This document shows, piece by piece, positions 10,055 through 19,747 of a stretch of 64,000 bases of DNA. Origin of the DNA: Nitrospirota bacterium (lineage in GTDB: Bacteria > Nitrospirota > Thermodesulfovibrionia > Thermodesulfovibrionales > Dissulfurispiraceae). Position numbers and translations under genes: made by a program. The stretch covers positions 640,001 to 704,000 of the forward strand of contig CAVPZX010000002.1 in assembly GCA_963710375.1 (NCBI GenBank), in the 5' to 3' direction. The notes under the pieces were generated by a model that saw only the letters and a list, made by a program, of their open reading frames with translations, had not been told where the DNA came from and did not search any database. How positions within the stretch are numbered: position 1 is the stretch's first letter; each line of letters opens with the position of its first letter.

Positions 10055-11432
10055 TGCTCCCGTTTTTCACCACCTCCGCAGTCTGCTCCATGTCACCCAT
10101 CCTGTCAATAAAGTCCGTGCCGAAATTACCCTTTATAAAGTCAGGATGGCTCAAGACTTTCTTGTGAAAAGGAATGGTTGTTTTGATCCCTTCAATAATA
10201 AACATGTCGAGCGCCATTTTCATCTTGGCGATGGCCTCCTCCCTGTTTTTTGCATGGACCACGACCTTTGCTATCATGGAGTCATAGTGTGAAGGCACTA
10301 CCCAGCCGGTATATGCAGCAGTATCGACTCTCACACCAGGCCCTCCAGGCGGTACAAAAAGTGTCAACCTGCCCGGAGAAGGGATAAATTTTTCAGGGTC
10401 TTCAGCGTTTATCCTGCATTCCATGGAATGGCCTGCGGGCTTGATCTGGCTCTGTTTATAGGTGAGAGGGAGGCCTGCGGCTATCTTGATCTGTTCCTTT
10501 ATGATGTTGACACCGGTAAGCTCTTCAGTCACAGGATGCTCCACCTGGACCCTGGTATTCATTTCCATGAAATATATATTTTGTTCCTGATCAACAATGA
10601 ACTCTATAGTGCCTACATTTTTATATTTCAGGGCCTTTGCCGCACGCACTGCAAGGTCACCGAGCTTTTTACGAAATTTCTCTGTCACAACAGGCGAGGG
10701 CGCCTCTTCTATAAGCTTTTGATGCCTCCTCTGCACAGAGCAGTCACGCTCTCCCAGATGAATCACATTGCCCTTACCGTCGGAGACTATCTGGACTTCG
10801 ATATGCCGGATAGATGGGAGGAATTTTTCAAGATACACTTCACTATTTGCAAACGCGCCGAGCGCCTCACGCTGGGCCATATGGAAAGCGGACACTATCT
10901 CATCTTCTTCTGTGACAATCCTCATGCCCCTGCCCCCGCCTCCTGCAGAAGCCTTGATAATCAATGGAAACCCTATCTTCCTCGCCAGTTTGAGCGCTGC
11001 CTCTTCAGATTCCACAGGTCCATCGCTGCCCGGCACAACCGGAATCCCGCGCCGTTTCATCACCTGACGCGCCTTTGCCTTATCGCCGCCCAATCTCATG
11101 CTCTCGGCAGTCGGGCCTATAAAAGTAATGCCTGAGGTGAAACAGGATTCGGCGAACTGCGGGTTTTCGGAAAGAAAACCGTAGCCCGGGTGGATTGCTT
11201 CGGAATCGGTAAGTTCCGCGGCGCTGAGAATTGCCGGGATATTCAAATAGCTATTGGTAGGATTTGCAGGACCAATACAGATGGACTCGTCGGCAACTGT
11301 TACATGAAGGGCCTCGCGTTCGATATCGGAAAAAACAGCGACAGTCTTGATGCCGAGTTCTTTGCACGCATAAATGACGCGCACGGCGATCTCCCCACGA
11401 TTGGCAATCAGTATCTTTTTAAAAAGCTTCAT
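10044..11432 (-). CDS. accC: Acetyl-CoA carboxylase biotin carboxylase subunit
   Basis: ANRGEIA, HPGYGFLSEN, RDCSVQRRHQK motifs. Confidence 0.97.
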   Translation of the reverse strand: MKLFKKILIANRGEIAVRVIYACKELGIKTVAVFSDIEREALHVTVADESICIGPANPTNSYLNIPAILSAAELTDSEAIHPGYGFLSENPQFAESCFTSGITFIGPTAESMRLGGDKAKARQVMKRRGIPVVPGSDGPVESEEAALKLARKIGFPLIIKASAGGGGRGMRIVTEEDEIVSAFHMAQREALGAFANSEVYLEKFLPSIRHIEVQIVSDGKGNVIHLGERDCSVQRRHQKLIEEAPSPVVTEKFRKKLGDLAVRAAKALKYKNVGTIEFIVDQEQNIYFMEMNTRVQVEHPVTEELTGVNIIKEQIKIAAGLPLTYKQSQIKPAGHSMECRINAEDPEKFIPSPGRLTLFVPPGGPGVRVDTAAYTGWVVPSHYDSMIAKVVVHAKNREEAIAKMKMALDMFIIEGIKTTIPFHKKVLSHPDFIKGNFGTDFIDRMGDMEQTAEVVKNGSSET

Positions 11433-11457
11433 ATGTCAACCGGCCTGATCTGATCAG

Positions 11458-11907
11458 CTACCCTGCAGGGTCAAGCAGGAAAAGCGGCTCGCCATATTCC
11501 ACCGGATGCCCGTTTTCGACCAGAATTCTCACCACCACGCCATCAATTTCACTCTCTATTTCGTTCATAAGCTTCATGGCCTCTATGATGCAAAGGATCT
11601 GTCCCTTTTTGACCCTTGTCCCGGTCTCGGCAAAAGGTTCGGCCTCAGGAGAGGACGACCTGTAAAAGGTGCCGACAATAGGAGAGGTGACCGTAAAGAG
11701 CTTTACTTCAGGACCGGGTTCCGATACGAGGTCCACTTTTCCGTGTACCTCTCTCCTGTCAGGCAGAATCGATTGCGGGATCTCAAGGTGACTGAAGAAT
11801 TTTTCACGCCGTATCTTAACTTTAACGCCGTCTTTCTCGACCTGAAGCTCGGTCACGTCTGTATCTTTCAGAAGGCTCATCAGTTCTTTTAATTCCTCAA
11901 GCTCCAT
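11458..11907 (-). CDS. accB: Biotin carboxyl carrier protein
   Basis: EAMKLMN biotinylation motif. Confidence 0.97.
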   Translation of the reverse strand: MELEELKELMSLLKDTDVTELQVEKDGVKVKIRREKFFSHLEIPQSILPDRREVHGKVDLVSEPGPEVKLFTVTSPIVGTFYRSSSPEAEPFAETGTRVKKGQILCIIEAMKLMNEIESEIDGVVVRILVENGHPVEYGEPLFLLDPAG

Positions 11908-11933
11908 CGGCTCACCTCCATTTGCCCTTTGCC

Positions 11934-12497
11934 TTATTTCACTTTTTCGATATATTCCGACGTCCTCGTATCAATCTTCAGCACATCACCCACCGATATA
12001 TGGAAAGGCACTTTCACCATAAGTCCGGTTTCGAGCTTCGCAGGCTTTGTAGACCCCGATGCGGTATCTCCCCTGAATGCAGGGTCCGTCTCTATAACCG
12101 CAAGTTCGACAAACATCGGCGGCTCGACCGTCATCGGCTGTTCCTTGTAATACAGAATCTTGACAGTCATATTTTCTTTAATGAATTTCTTTACATCGCC
12201 TAATTGTGAGGTTGTCAAAGGGACCTGCTCGTATGATTCGGTATCCATAAAATAGTGCAGGTCTTCCTGGGCATAGAGATACTGCATGTCTTTCTCTTCA
12301 AGGCCCGGAGACTCGAATTTTTCTCCTGACCTGAATGTATCTTCAAGGACGTTCCCGGTCTTCATATTTTTCAGCTTTGTCCTGATTACCGCCCCGCCCC
12401 TTCCCATCTTGACATGCTGAAAGTCTACTATCTCACACGGGTCTCCCTTGTATACTATTTTTGCACCCTTCCTGAATTCACTTGTGCTAAGCAACAA
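11934..12497 (-). CDS. efp: Elongation factor P
   Basis: [18 protein letters not shown] motifs; tip loop KMGRGG. Confidence 0.96.
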   Translation of the reverse strand: MLLSTSEFRKGAKIVYKGDPCEIVDFQHVKMGRGGAVIRTKLKNMKTGNVLEDTFRSGEKFESPGLEEKDMQYLYAQEDLHYFMDTESYEQVPLTTSQLGDVKKFIKENMTVKILYYKEQPMTVEPPMFVELAVIETDPAFRGDTASGSTKPAKLETGLMVKVPFHISVGDVLKIDTRTSEYIEKVK

Positions 12498-12506
12498 ACA
12501 CCTCCT

Positions 12507-13580
12507 CTATTTTATTATCTCAAGCTCTCTGCTGAGGCTCGTTAACAGCCTGCCTTTTCGGCCTTTCAAAATCAGCATATCTTCTATGCGTACACCGCCC
12601 AATTTCGGGATATAAATGCCGGGCTCTATAGTAAAGACAAAGCCGTCGGAAAGCCGGTCTCCTTTGGCCCATGACACGCGCGGGGCCTCATGCACATCAA
12701 GGCCAACCCCATGCCCGGTCCCGTGGCCAAAAAACTCCCCGTACCCCGCTTTTTTTATAGTTTCCCTGGCAGCCCGGTCAATATCCTGTGTCTTGACCCC
12801 TGCCCCCACTGCGGAAACCGCTTTTTGGCGCGCATTATTGACAACGGTATATATTTTTATCTTTTCATCCAGACTATCGCCTGCCATAAGCAGCGTTCTG
12901 GTCATATCGGAATAATACCCTTCCGCTTCTCCGCCCCAGTCAATTATAACAAACTCCCCTTTGCCTATTTTCTTTTCAGTTGGCTGCGCATGGGGTTTGG
13001 AAGTATTCTCACCAGAAGCCACTATTATATCAAAAGGTATACTTTTACATCCTTCTCTTTTAAGATGTTCCTCCAGTCTAAGGGAGATGCCCCTTTCCTT
13101 TGCCCCGACTTTTATGAACGGTTTGACTTTAAGAAAAGCGGCTTCAGCTCTTTCTATAGAACTTACTATAGCGCTGATTTCCGTCTGATCCTTCACCTTT
13201 CTCAAATTCTCTATAATGTTTGGATTTGGCTCCAGTGTGACCGGCAAGCCTTTGAGTAATGAATAAAACTCATAGGAGAGCGATGTCTCGAACCCAAGCC
13301 TCTTAATGCCCAATGATTTCACAAGACGCCGGAGCAGCGATATCCTGTTACCTTTTTCAACGCCGGTTTCGCACCCCTTGACCTCTGCCTCGGATTGCTC
13401 CTTATACCTGAAATCGGTAAAAAACAACCCCCTGTCTTTTGTAATCATCACAAAGCCTGATGAGCCGGTAAAGCCGGTCAAGTAGCGTATATTTTTTATC
13501 GCACTGACATATAAAGCATCTATCCTCTTTTTCCTGAGGATATTCTGAACACTTTTTATTCTGATTTCTTGCATTGTCAT
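12507..13580 (-). CDS. Xaa-Pro aminopeptidase (M24 family)
   Basis: YYSDMTRT, GHGTGHGVGLDVHE, TIEPGIY, GVRIED motifs. Confidence 0.95.
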   Translation of the reverse strand: MTMQEIRIKSVQNILRKKRIDALYVSAIKNIRYLTGFTGSSGFVMITKDRGLFFTDFRYKEQSEAEVKGCETGVEKGNRISLLRRLVKSLGIKRLGFETSLSYEFYSLLKGLPVTLEPNPNIIENLRKVKDQTEISAIVSSIERAEAAFLKVKPFIKVGAKERGISLRLEEHLKREGCKSIPFDIIVASGENTSKPHAQPTEKKIGKGEFVIIDWGGEAEGYYSDMTRTLLMAGDSLDEKIKIYTVVNNARQKAVSAVGAGVKTQDIDRAARETIKKAGYGEFFGHGTGHGVGLDVHEAPRVSWAKGDRLSDGFVFTIEPGIYIPKLGGVRIEDMLILKGRKGRLLTSLSRELEIIK

Positions 13581-13589
13581 AATAAATAC

Positions 13590-13696
13590 AGGCTATAGGC
13601 AATAGGCTGTAGGCAATAGGCGATGGGTCACAAAGCAAAGAAACGTAAAGAGACTTTTTCTTTTGCCGATAGCCTATTGCCCATTGTCTATTGCCT
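13590..13696. repeat. Fold-back element of inverted 7-mer arrays (AGGCAAT / ATTGCCT)
   Basis: aggctataggcaataggctgtaggcaatagg...gcctattgcccattgtctattgcct; supplies the last codons and stop of the TPR gene. Confidence 0.85.
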
Positions 13697-14297
13697 CAGT
13701 TCTTATTGCAAATTGTGTTTTTATTGCCTCAAGAAATCTGTCCAAACGCTTTATAATGCTCTGTTTATTTTTTCCCAAAAACCTTATAAGCGCCGATAGT
13801 TCCTCTTTTCTCTGCAGTATTCGCTTGTCATCCGGATTCTTTATCAGCATCTCCTTATACAGTTCCATTGCAGGTGCATAATGCCCAAGAGCTATAAGAC
13901 GCTCACCTTCAACCAGCTCTGATAAGACAGGCTCGGGAAGCTCGGGTACACGGCCTGCCGGGGCTGGGGCATGGTGGAATATGGATATATTGCCGAGCGC
14001 TCTATTTGCTTCGGCAAGCCCTTTACGGGCGAAATTATTGTCGGGGGCTTTTTCAAGCACCTCTGAAAACTGTTCAAGCGCCTCAGCAAATTTATCGCCC
14101 TGGAGATACCATCTGCCGAGCCTAAGCCGTGCAGCAAGGAAGTCCGGATTCTTCCCGATACCGTCAATGAGGAGTTCAACAGCTTCATCGCCCATGTCCC
14201 GTTTCCTGAACTCTTCAGCAAGTGACAAGAAGAGTCTTGAGCCGGGTTGCTGACTCAGCCGCTCTCTAAGTTTCTTAATATAGGTGCTGCTCTCCAT
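13674..14297 (-). CDS. Tetratricopeptide repeat protein
   Basis: Helical TPR-like pattern (FLAARLRLGRWY...EVLEKAPDNNFA). Confidence 0.85.
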   Translation of the reverse strand: MESSTYIKKLRERLSQQPGSRLFLSLAEEFRKRDMGDEAVELLIDGIGKNPDFLAARLRLGRWYLQGDKFAEALEQFSEVLEKAPDNNFARKGLAEANRALGNISIFHHAPAPAGRVPELPEPVLSELVEGERLIALGHYAPAMELYKEMLIKNPDDKRILQRKEELSALIRFLGKNKQSIIKRLDRFLEAIKTQFAIRTEAIDNGQ

Positions 14298-14329
14298 ATT
14301 GATCGCTGCCAGGTCCTCTTATTGTATGC

Positions 14330-15508
14330 CTAACTGTTATACTTTAACTCGAGAATTCTGTCAAATATTGCGCCGGCCACATCCTCTTTATCCATGACCG
14401 GAAGCTTGCGCTCGCGCTCCCTGTCGATGATTACCACCTCGTTGGTATCAACATCAAAACCGGCGTCTTTGCTTGATACATCGTTAAAAACAATCATGTC
14501 GATATTCTTTGAAGTAAGCTTTCTGCGAGCCCTATCAATCCTGGGGCCTGTTTCTGCAGAAAAGCCGGCGGCAAAAGGACGTTGCCTTAGTTTTCCCACA
14601 GCTTCAAGGATATCGGTAGTTTTCAGGAGATTAAGGGAAAATTTATCTTTCTTCTCTATCTTGCTGTTTTTCGATTCGGCCGGCGTGAAATCCGCCACTG
14701 CAGCAGCCATCAGGAATAAAGTTGACATGGGGATATTGTCCATTACCGCCCTATACATGTCCTCAGATGATTCGGCAAAGATAATATCGACACCCGCAGG
14801 AGGCGTTATCGAAACCGGCCCGCTAATCAGAGTAACCTCGGCGCCTCTTCTTCTGGCAATCCGGGCGAGGGCATACCCCATTTTGCCCGAAGACCTGTTG
14901 GTAATATACCGCACCGGATCGAGGTACTCTCTTGTCGGCCCCGCAGTCACCAGCACCTGTTCGCCTGCCAGGTCCTGTTTAGTCAGGGCAGCTATTGCAC
15001 ATTCCAGAATCTTTTCGTTGTCTGTCATCCTGCCTATGCCTTCTTCACCGCAAGCCAGAGGCCCCCTTTCAGGCCCTATAAAGTGTACACCAAGAGAAGT
15101 GAGGTAATGAAGATTTTTCTGAAAGACCTGGTTCTCATACATCCTCCAATTCATAGCCGGAGCCATGATTACCTTACCGTTGAAAGCCAACAGCGTTGTA
15201 CTGAGCATATCATCGGCAATCCCCTGAGCGTATTTGCTTATGCTGTTTGCCGTTGCAGGGGCAACTATAAACAGCTCGGCGCTTGACGGAAGACTAACAT
15301 GAGAAAGCGGGAACTCAAACATATCAGCATAAACATGTTCGCCGGCCGCCAGTTCAACTGAAAGGGGTGTAACAAAACGCTTTGAGGCCTCTGTCATTAT
15401 TACCCTGACAGAGGCCCCTTCCTGTTTCAGTATTTTGATGAGATCAATGGCCTTATAGGCAGCTACACTTCCGGTAATTCCTAAAAGTATAGACTTGCCT
15501 TTAAGCAC
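14330..15508 (-). CDS. coaBC: Bifunctional phosphopantothenoylcysteine decarboxylase/synthetase
   Basis: GSVAAYK, APATAN, PAMN, TAGPTRE, NRSSGKMG motifs. Confidence 0.97.
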   Translation of the reverse strand: MLKGKSILLGITGSVAAYKAIDLIKILKQEGASVRVIMTEASKRFVTPLSVELAAGEHVYADMFEFPLSHVSLPSSAELFIVAPATANSISKYAQGIADDMLSTTLLAFNGKVIMAPAMNWRMYENQVFQKNLHYLTSLGVHFIGPERGPLACGEEGIGRMTDNEKILECAIAALTKQDLAGEQVLVTAGPTREYLDPVRYITNRSSGKMGYALARIARRRGAEVTLISGPVSITPPAGVDIIFAESSEDMYRAVMDNIPMSTLFLMAAAVADFTPAESKNSKIEKKDKFSLNLLKTTDILEAVGKLRQRPFAAGFSAETGPRIDRARRKLTSKNIDMIVFNDVSSKDAGFDVDTNEVVIIDRERERKLPVMDKEDVAGAIFDRILELKYNS

Positions 15509-15510
15509 TG

Positions 15511-15915
15511 TTATTCTTCGCTTTCATCGGCTTCGGCCTCTGCTTCCTCTCCTTCGCTGAACAGATCTTCCAGCGCCTTCTCAGGCGACCCCTTTTCGTG
15601 GAGGTATACCTTGAGGTCTTTCTCAAGTTCTGAGAGGTCTTCCATAGGCCTCCGCTTCTCCTCGATCAGTTTCTTGTAATCGATCTTTTCAGACTTCTCC
15701 TTTGCGGCAATGGCATCGGGGCCGGTCAGGAATTCAATGTGATTGCCGACGGCCTCAAGAAGCGCCATAGTGGTCACTTTTTTTGTCTTTGTCTGGATCT
15801 TTGACGCTGCGCCAAGCGAAAGCTCGCGGGCCCTCTGTGCGGCAATCACTACAAGCCTGTATCTGCTGTCAATCTCCTTCTTGTCATATTCGACAGGCAA
15901 TGATATTATGTCCAC
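15511..15915 (-). CDS. rpoZ: RNA polymerase omega subunit with acidic C-terminal tail
   Basis: SRYRLVVIAAQRAREL; gmk-rpoZ-coaBC order. Confidence 0.92.
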   Translation of the reverse strand: MDIISLPVEYDKKEIDSRYRLVVIAAQRARELSLGAASKIQTKTKKVTTMALLEAVGNHIEFLTGPDAIAAKEKSEKIDYKKLIEEKRRPMEDLSELEKDLKVYLHEKGSPEKALEDLFSEGEEAEAEADESEE

Positions 15916-15916
15916 C

Positions 15917-16573
15917 TTATACTTCCTCCTCCAAAAAGTTTTTCTGTATCCACTCGTGATCGATTCTCTTTACACTCGCCCGTTCCGCTTCAACAATCGA
16001 CACCAGCTCTTTGAACGCAACTTCCATTATATCGTTTACTATAACATAATCGTAACTTTTGTACTCCCTTACCTCCATGATAGCATTTTTAAGCCTTATT
16101 CCAATAACTTCATCCGGATCGCTCATCCTTTCCACAAGTCTCTTTCTGAGCACCTCCATCGAGGGAGGCAATATAAATATATACACGCATCCGCCTTTGG
16201 CGGAAGAAAGGTCCCTTTTTATCTGGCGAGCACCCTGCACATCGATATCCAGAACCGCATCCATTCCGGCGTCAGCCAGCTCTTCTATCCTCTTTTTTGA
16301 GGTGCCGTAATAATTACCGTGCACCTCGGCCCACTCGACGAACACCCCATCAGCTGCCATTGTCTGAAAAGTGTCTTTGTCCACAAACGTATAGTGTACA
16401 TCGTTTATTTCTCCAGGCCTGGGCGCCCTGGTCGTATACGACACAGAATGCCTCACCCCTGGCACAGATTCGCAGAGCTTATTGCACAATGTGGTTTTCC
16501 CGGAGCCCGATGGGCCGGACATTACAAACAGGCTACCCTTCTTCCTCTTCATCCGCAATCGCTTTGTCCCCAT
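15917..16573 (-). CDS. gmk: Guanylate kinase
   Basis: [24 protein letters not shown] motifs. Confidence 0.96.
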   Translation of the reverse strand: MGTKRLRMKRKKGSLFVMSGPSGSGKTTLCNKLCESVPGVRHSVSYTTRAPRPGEINDVHYTFVDKDTFQTMAADGVFVEWAEVHGNYYGTSKKRIEELADAGMDAVLDIDVQGARQIKRDLSSAKGGCVYIFILPPSMEVLRKRLVERMSDPDEVIGIRLKNAIMEVREYKSYDYVIVNDIMEVAFKELVSIVEAERASVKRIDHEWIQKNFLEEEV

Positions 16574-16823
16574 CCTTTACGCCGGCAACCCGCTGTGATA
16601 TGGTTTCCACCTGAATTGCGGACAATATTATATGGTCGCTGTCGGTAACTATTATAGACCTGGTCTTCCTTCCTTCGGTTGCATCAATGAGTTTACCCCT
16701 GCTGCGCGCCTCTTCCCGCAATTTTCTGATCGGGGAGGATCCCGGATTTATAATTGCAACTACCCTCGAAGAATGTATTACATTGCCGAAGCCTATATGT
16801 ATAAGTATGCCGTTAGTATGCAT
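16533..16823 (-). CDS. DUF370/RemA family protein
   Basis: [17 protein letters not shown] motifs; yicC-DUF370-gmk order. Confidence 0.93.
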   Translation of the reverse strand: MHTNGILIHIGFGNVIHSSRVVAIINPGSSPIRKLREEARSRGKLIDATEGRKTRSIIVTDSDHIILSAIQVETISQRVAGVKDGDKAIADEEEEG

Positions 16824-17672
16824 CTACTGTATATTCTGCACCTGTTCCTTGAGTTTTTCAATACCTGTCTTTATTTCAATAGTTAGATTAATGATCCTAA
16901 TATCATCCACTTTTGAAGCAATAGTGTTTGCCTCCCTGTACATCTCCTGCATAAGAAAATCCAGTTTTCTGCCTATAGCCTCACTGCCCGAGAGGAAGGC
17001 GTTAAACTGCTGCATATGGCTCCGAAGCCGCGCCAATTCCTCAGTAATATCGCTTTTCTGCGCAAGCAAGGCAATTTCCTGTGCCAGCCTGGTCTCATCT
17101 ATTGGTATAGCAGAGGTCAGTTCAGAGACTTTCCTTGACAGCACTTCCTTATGGGTAATCGACATACCGTGAGAAAGCGCTTCCACTTCAGCCCTAAGTG
17201 ACTCTACCCGGCCGGCATGGAACTCTAATTCTTTTCTGAGTGACTCACCCTCTTTCCTGCGCATTTCATCAACACGCGTCACCGCATCACGCAGAGCGTC
17301 ATAAAGGTCATCAGCATTATAAGCGGTCTCTTCGCTGAGCAAAAGCTCCCGGTACCATGACAAAAAACCGATGTCAAGAGATCCGGGAATTGAGAGTGTT
17401 TTCTGCAAATCCAAAATCGTGTCATAAATCTCTCTCGCCAGTTCCTTGTTGGCACGTACCTTAAATTGCCGTTTATCGGTTAGAGATATAGTTACGTCGA
17501 ACTTGCCCCTGGCAAATTGGTCTTTAATCAAGTTCCTGACCGGTATCTCATGCTCCATAAGGAAAGAAGGCATCCTGACGCTGACATCAACATACCTGTG
17601 GTTTAAAGACCGCACCTCGACCTTAAAGCCTTTCCGTTCAGCGGCCCCATACCCTGTCATGCTCTGGATCAA
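16824..17672 (-). CDS. yicC: YicC/YloC family endoribonuclease
   Basis: MIQSMTGYG, GRKLDFLMQEMYREANT, EQVQNIQ. Confidence 0.95.
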   Translation of the reverse strand: MIQSMTGYGAAERKGFKVEVRSLNHRYVDVSVRMPSFLMEHEIPVRNLIKDQFARGKFDVTISLTDKRQFKVRANKELAREIYDTILDLQKTLSIPGSLDIGFLSWYRELLLSEETAYNADDLYDALRDAVTRVDEMRRKEGESLRKELEFHAGRVESLRAEVEALSHGMSITHKEVLSRKVSELTSAIPIDETRLAQEIALLAQKSDITEELARLRSHMQQFNAFLSGSEAIGRKLDFLMQEMYREANTIASKVDDIRIINLTIEIKTGIEKLKEQVQNIQ

Positions 17673-17932
17673 TCCTTCACCCCCGTAATCTTCACCGTCT
17701 TTCTCCTCGATGTCTCGCCCCGCAGTATTGTTATACTGCTTTTCTTTACGCCGTACTGTTCGGCCAAAAGCTCTACAAGCTGCTCGTTTGCAGCGCCGCC
17801 GACAGGAGGAGCTGTAAGTTTGACCTTAAGCATATTGTCCATAACGCCGACAATTCCCCTCTTTGAAGACCGGGGGTCAACTTTAACCTCTATAATTATA
17901 CCATCCCTGGTTTTAGAATAGGGGATATCCAT
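17669..17932 (-). CDS. DUF167 (YggU) family protein
   Basis: APPVGGAAN and GETSRRK motifs; start placed at MDIPYSK. Confidence 0.9.
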   Translation of the reverse strand: MDIPYSKTRDGIIIEVKVDPRSSKRGIVGVMDNMLKVKLTAPPVGGAANEQLVELLAEQYGVKKSSITILRGETSRRKTVKITGVKD

Positions 17933-18797
17933 TTTTTCTTCGGAACCAAGCTTTATAATATACCTCACCTGCAGTCAAGGTTACAACAGTGAGCATGACT
18001 CCACAGATCACATCAATCACATAGTGGTATCTGCAGTAAACAGTGGCAAAAGTCAGGAGCAGCACAGGAGCAATCAGCCACCGGAGCAACTTTCTATCGT
18101 AACGGTATGCCAGTAGAAGCACTAATAGCGCAATCGCGGTATGCCCACTGGGGAATGCATCCCTTTTTACTCCCTCCATCAGATTGAGCATGTTCTGTAT
18201 CGGCCCTGAAACTAAAAAACCATCCAGTTCTTTGTCATAAAGGTGTTGCATTGTGTACCGGGGACCGAGCGCTGGAAAAAGCAGGTAGCCTATGTAAGAC
18301 AGATAAAAACAAAGAAGTATCAGGAAAAGCGATTTCTCAAATGCTTCACTTTTCCCTTTTACTTTTAGTGTAATGCCCAGGATAATGGGAAGAAAATAAT
18401 AGGTTGAGTATGCTACCTCCAGGACATCCGTAAGAAGCGGGCTGATCATCCTTTCAAGAAAAACAGTAGGGTATCCGCCGAAGATGCGATAGTCAATCCT
18501 TATGAGGAGGTAGTCGATATCGTGTGGATTGATGTTATGCACGATTAGTCCCAGGCTGTCAAAGATGATAAGCACACTGAGGACAGGGAAAATCATGTCA
18601 TGCGTCAGCGCTAAAAAAGTATTGGTCCTGCTAAGATAAACAAGAGCAATCTGAAATAAAATTAAAGATGCATAAAGAAGGACAAGATACCCTGCGGACG
18701 GGATGACATCAGAATAAATTACCGACAAAACAAGAAGACAAAAACTGAAAACAATATTAAGAGAATCTGCGGGTCTTAATTTCAGCAGCCATAACAT
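17913..18797 (-). CDS. PAP2/Aur1-like membrane phosphoesterase
   Basis: Multi-TM; PALGPR, FPSGH, RYHYVID motifs. Confidence 0.9.
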   Translation of the reverse strand: MLWLLKLRPADSLNIVFSFCLLVLSVIYSDVIPSAGYLVLLYASLILFQIALVYLSRTNTFLALTHDMIFPVLSVLIIFDSLGLIVHNINPHDIDYLLIRIDYRIFGGYPTVFLERMISPLLTDVLEVAYSTYYFLPIILGITLKVKGKSEAFEKSLFLILLCFYLSYIGYLLFPALGPRYTMQHLYDKELDGFLVSGPIQNMLNLMEGVKRDAFPSGHTAIALLVLLLAYRYDRKLLRWLIAPVLLLTFATVYCRYHYVIDVICGVMLTVVTLTAGEVYYKAWFRRKNGYPLF

Positions 18798-18801
18798 AAT
18801 C

Positions 18802-19347
18802 TCACAGCTTGCTCAGCGCCCGCCTGACAGACTTTTCCTTTTTTGAAAGTTTATAAGGGTTGCCCTTTCCGGCAAAAGCATCTTCGTCATACTCGCCGGA
18901 ATCTTTCCACTCAGCAGTTTCCCCATGTATATCCTCGTCATATCCGGACCCCCCTGCCGTTCCCTCCTTGTTTCCCGCAGCTTTTTCCGACACGATCCGG
19001 ATAAATGCGTCCGATGGCACAGGGATCGAATTTACCGCCCATGCATGGTTAACAATGTCCCTGTCCGAGGTCACAACGATCCATTCCTTCCGATCTTTTG
19101 TAATAATCCTCTTTATAACCTCGTCAGCCTTTTCGGCAAGCTTGGAATAAATGACGGCAACTCCCCCGCGGACCGCTTTGTTCTCATGGCCCTTACCGGC
19201 CTTATAGCCGTCAAATACAATGGTTATATCATGCCCTTTGATCAGCCTATACCGTACCATGAGGTCAATAAGGTCCTCGCGAGCTTTCTCCAGATTGTAG
19301 TGGTCAGGACCTATGATATTATATCCGTCAATTATAATGCTGGAAAT
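18802..19347 (-). CDS. NYN domain (YacP/Rae1-like) RNase, probable ATT start
   Basis: Frame extends 29 codons upstream of ORF 18802..19260 to include IIDGYN; VFDG, ADEVI, VVTSD motifs; GGAGG precedes ATT at 19347. Confidence 0.88.
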   Translation of the reverse strand: MSSIIIDGYNIIGPDHYNLEKAREDLIDLMVRYRLIKGHDITIVFDGYKAGKGHENKAVRGGVAVIYSKLAEKADEVIKRIITKDRKEWIVVTSDRDIVNHAWAVNSIPVPSDAFIRIVSEKAAGNKEGTAGGSGYDEDIHGETAEWKDSGEYDEDAFAGKGNPYKLSKKEKSVRRALSKL

Positions 19348-19367
19348 GGCGCCCTCCCAAAAAAAAC

Positions 19368-19473
19368 CGTGAATCGTGAATCAAAAGACGTGAAAAGTGA
19401 ATAGTGAATAGTAAAGGCCAAAAAAATGCCTTGTAGAATACTTGGTGTCATTCACTTTTCACGTCTTTACACG
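19368..19473. repeat. Fold-back element of inverted 7-mer arrays (GTGAATA / TTCAC)
   Basis: cgtgaatcgtgaat...gacgtgaaaagtgaatagtgaatag...attcacttttcacgtc. Confidence 0.8.
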
Positions 19474-19634
19474 CGGCTGCATGGTCGCTGCCCGATCAGG
19501 CCCCATGTTTCGTCATCGATTTCATTGATGTACTCTGAAAGCATGTAACTCCCGCCGCACTCCAGGCAGCGCAGGATTACCGACTTTCAGCCTATAACAA
19601 GTCTAAGCTCGCCGTTACACTTCCTGCATTTCAT
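19467..19634 (-). CDS. Small dual-CXXC (seleno)protein, 55 aa, UGA at codon 16
   Basis: MKCRKCNGELRLVIG(U)KSVILRCLECGGSYMLSEYINEIDDETWGLIGQRPCSRV; AAGGTAGG SD-like; hairpin right after UGA. Confidence 0.85.
19545..19580 (-). promoter_or_regulatory. Candidate bacterial SECIS hairpin
   Basis: GTAA-TCCTGCGCT-gcctgg-AGTGCGGCGGGA-G-TTAC begins 6 nt after UGA; apical loop starts with G. Confidence 0.65.
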
Positions 19635-19747
19635 GAAAAACCCTACCTTTTGGGCTCACGAGCCCTTATAGTAAAAAATACAGTTTTAATATACCATATA
19701 ATTGTCGGCATGCAGAAACCTCCAAACAATACACTAAGGAGTCGATC

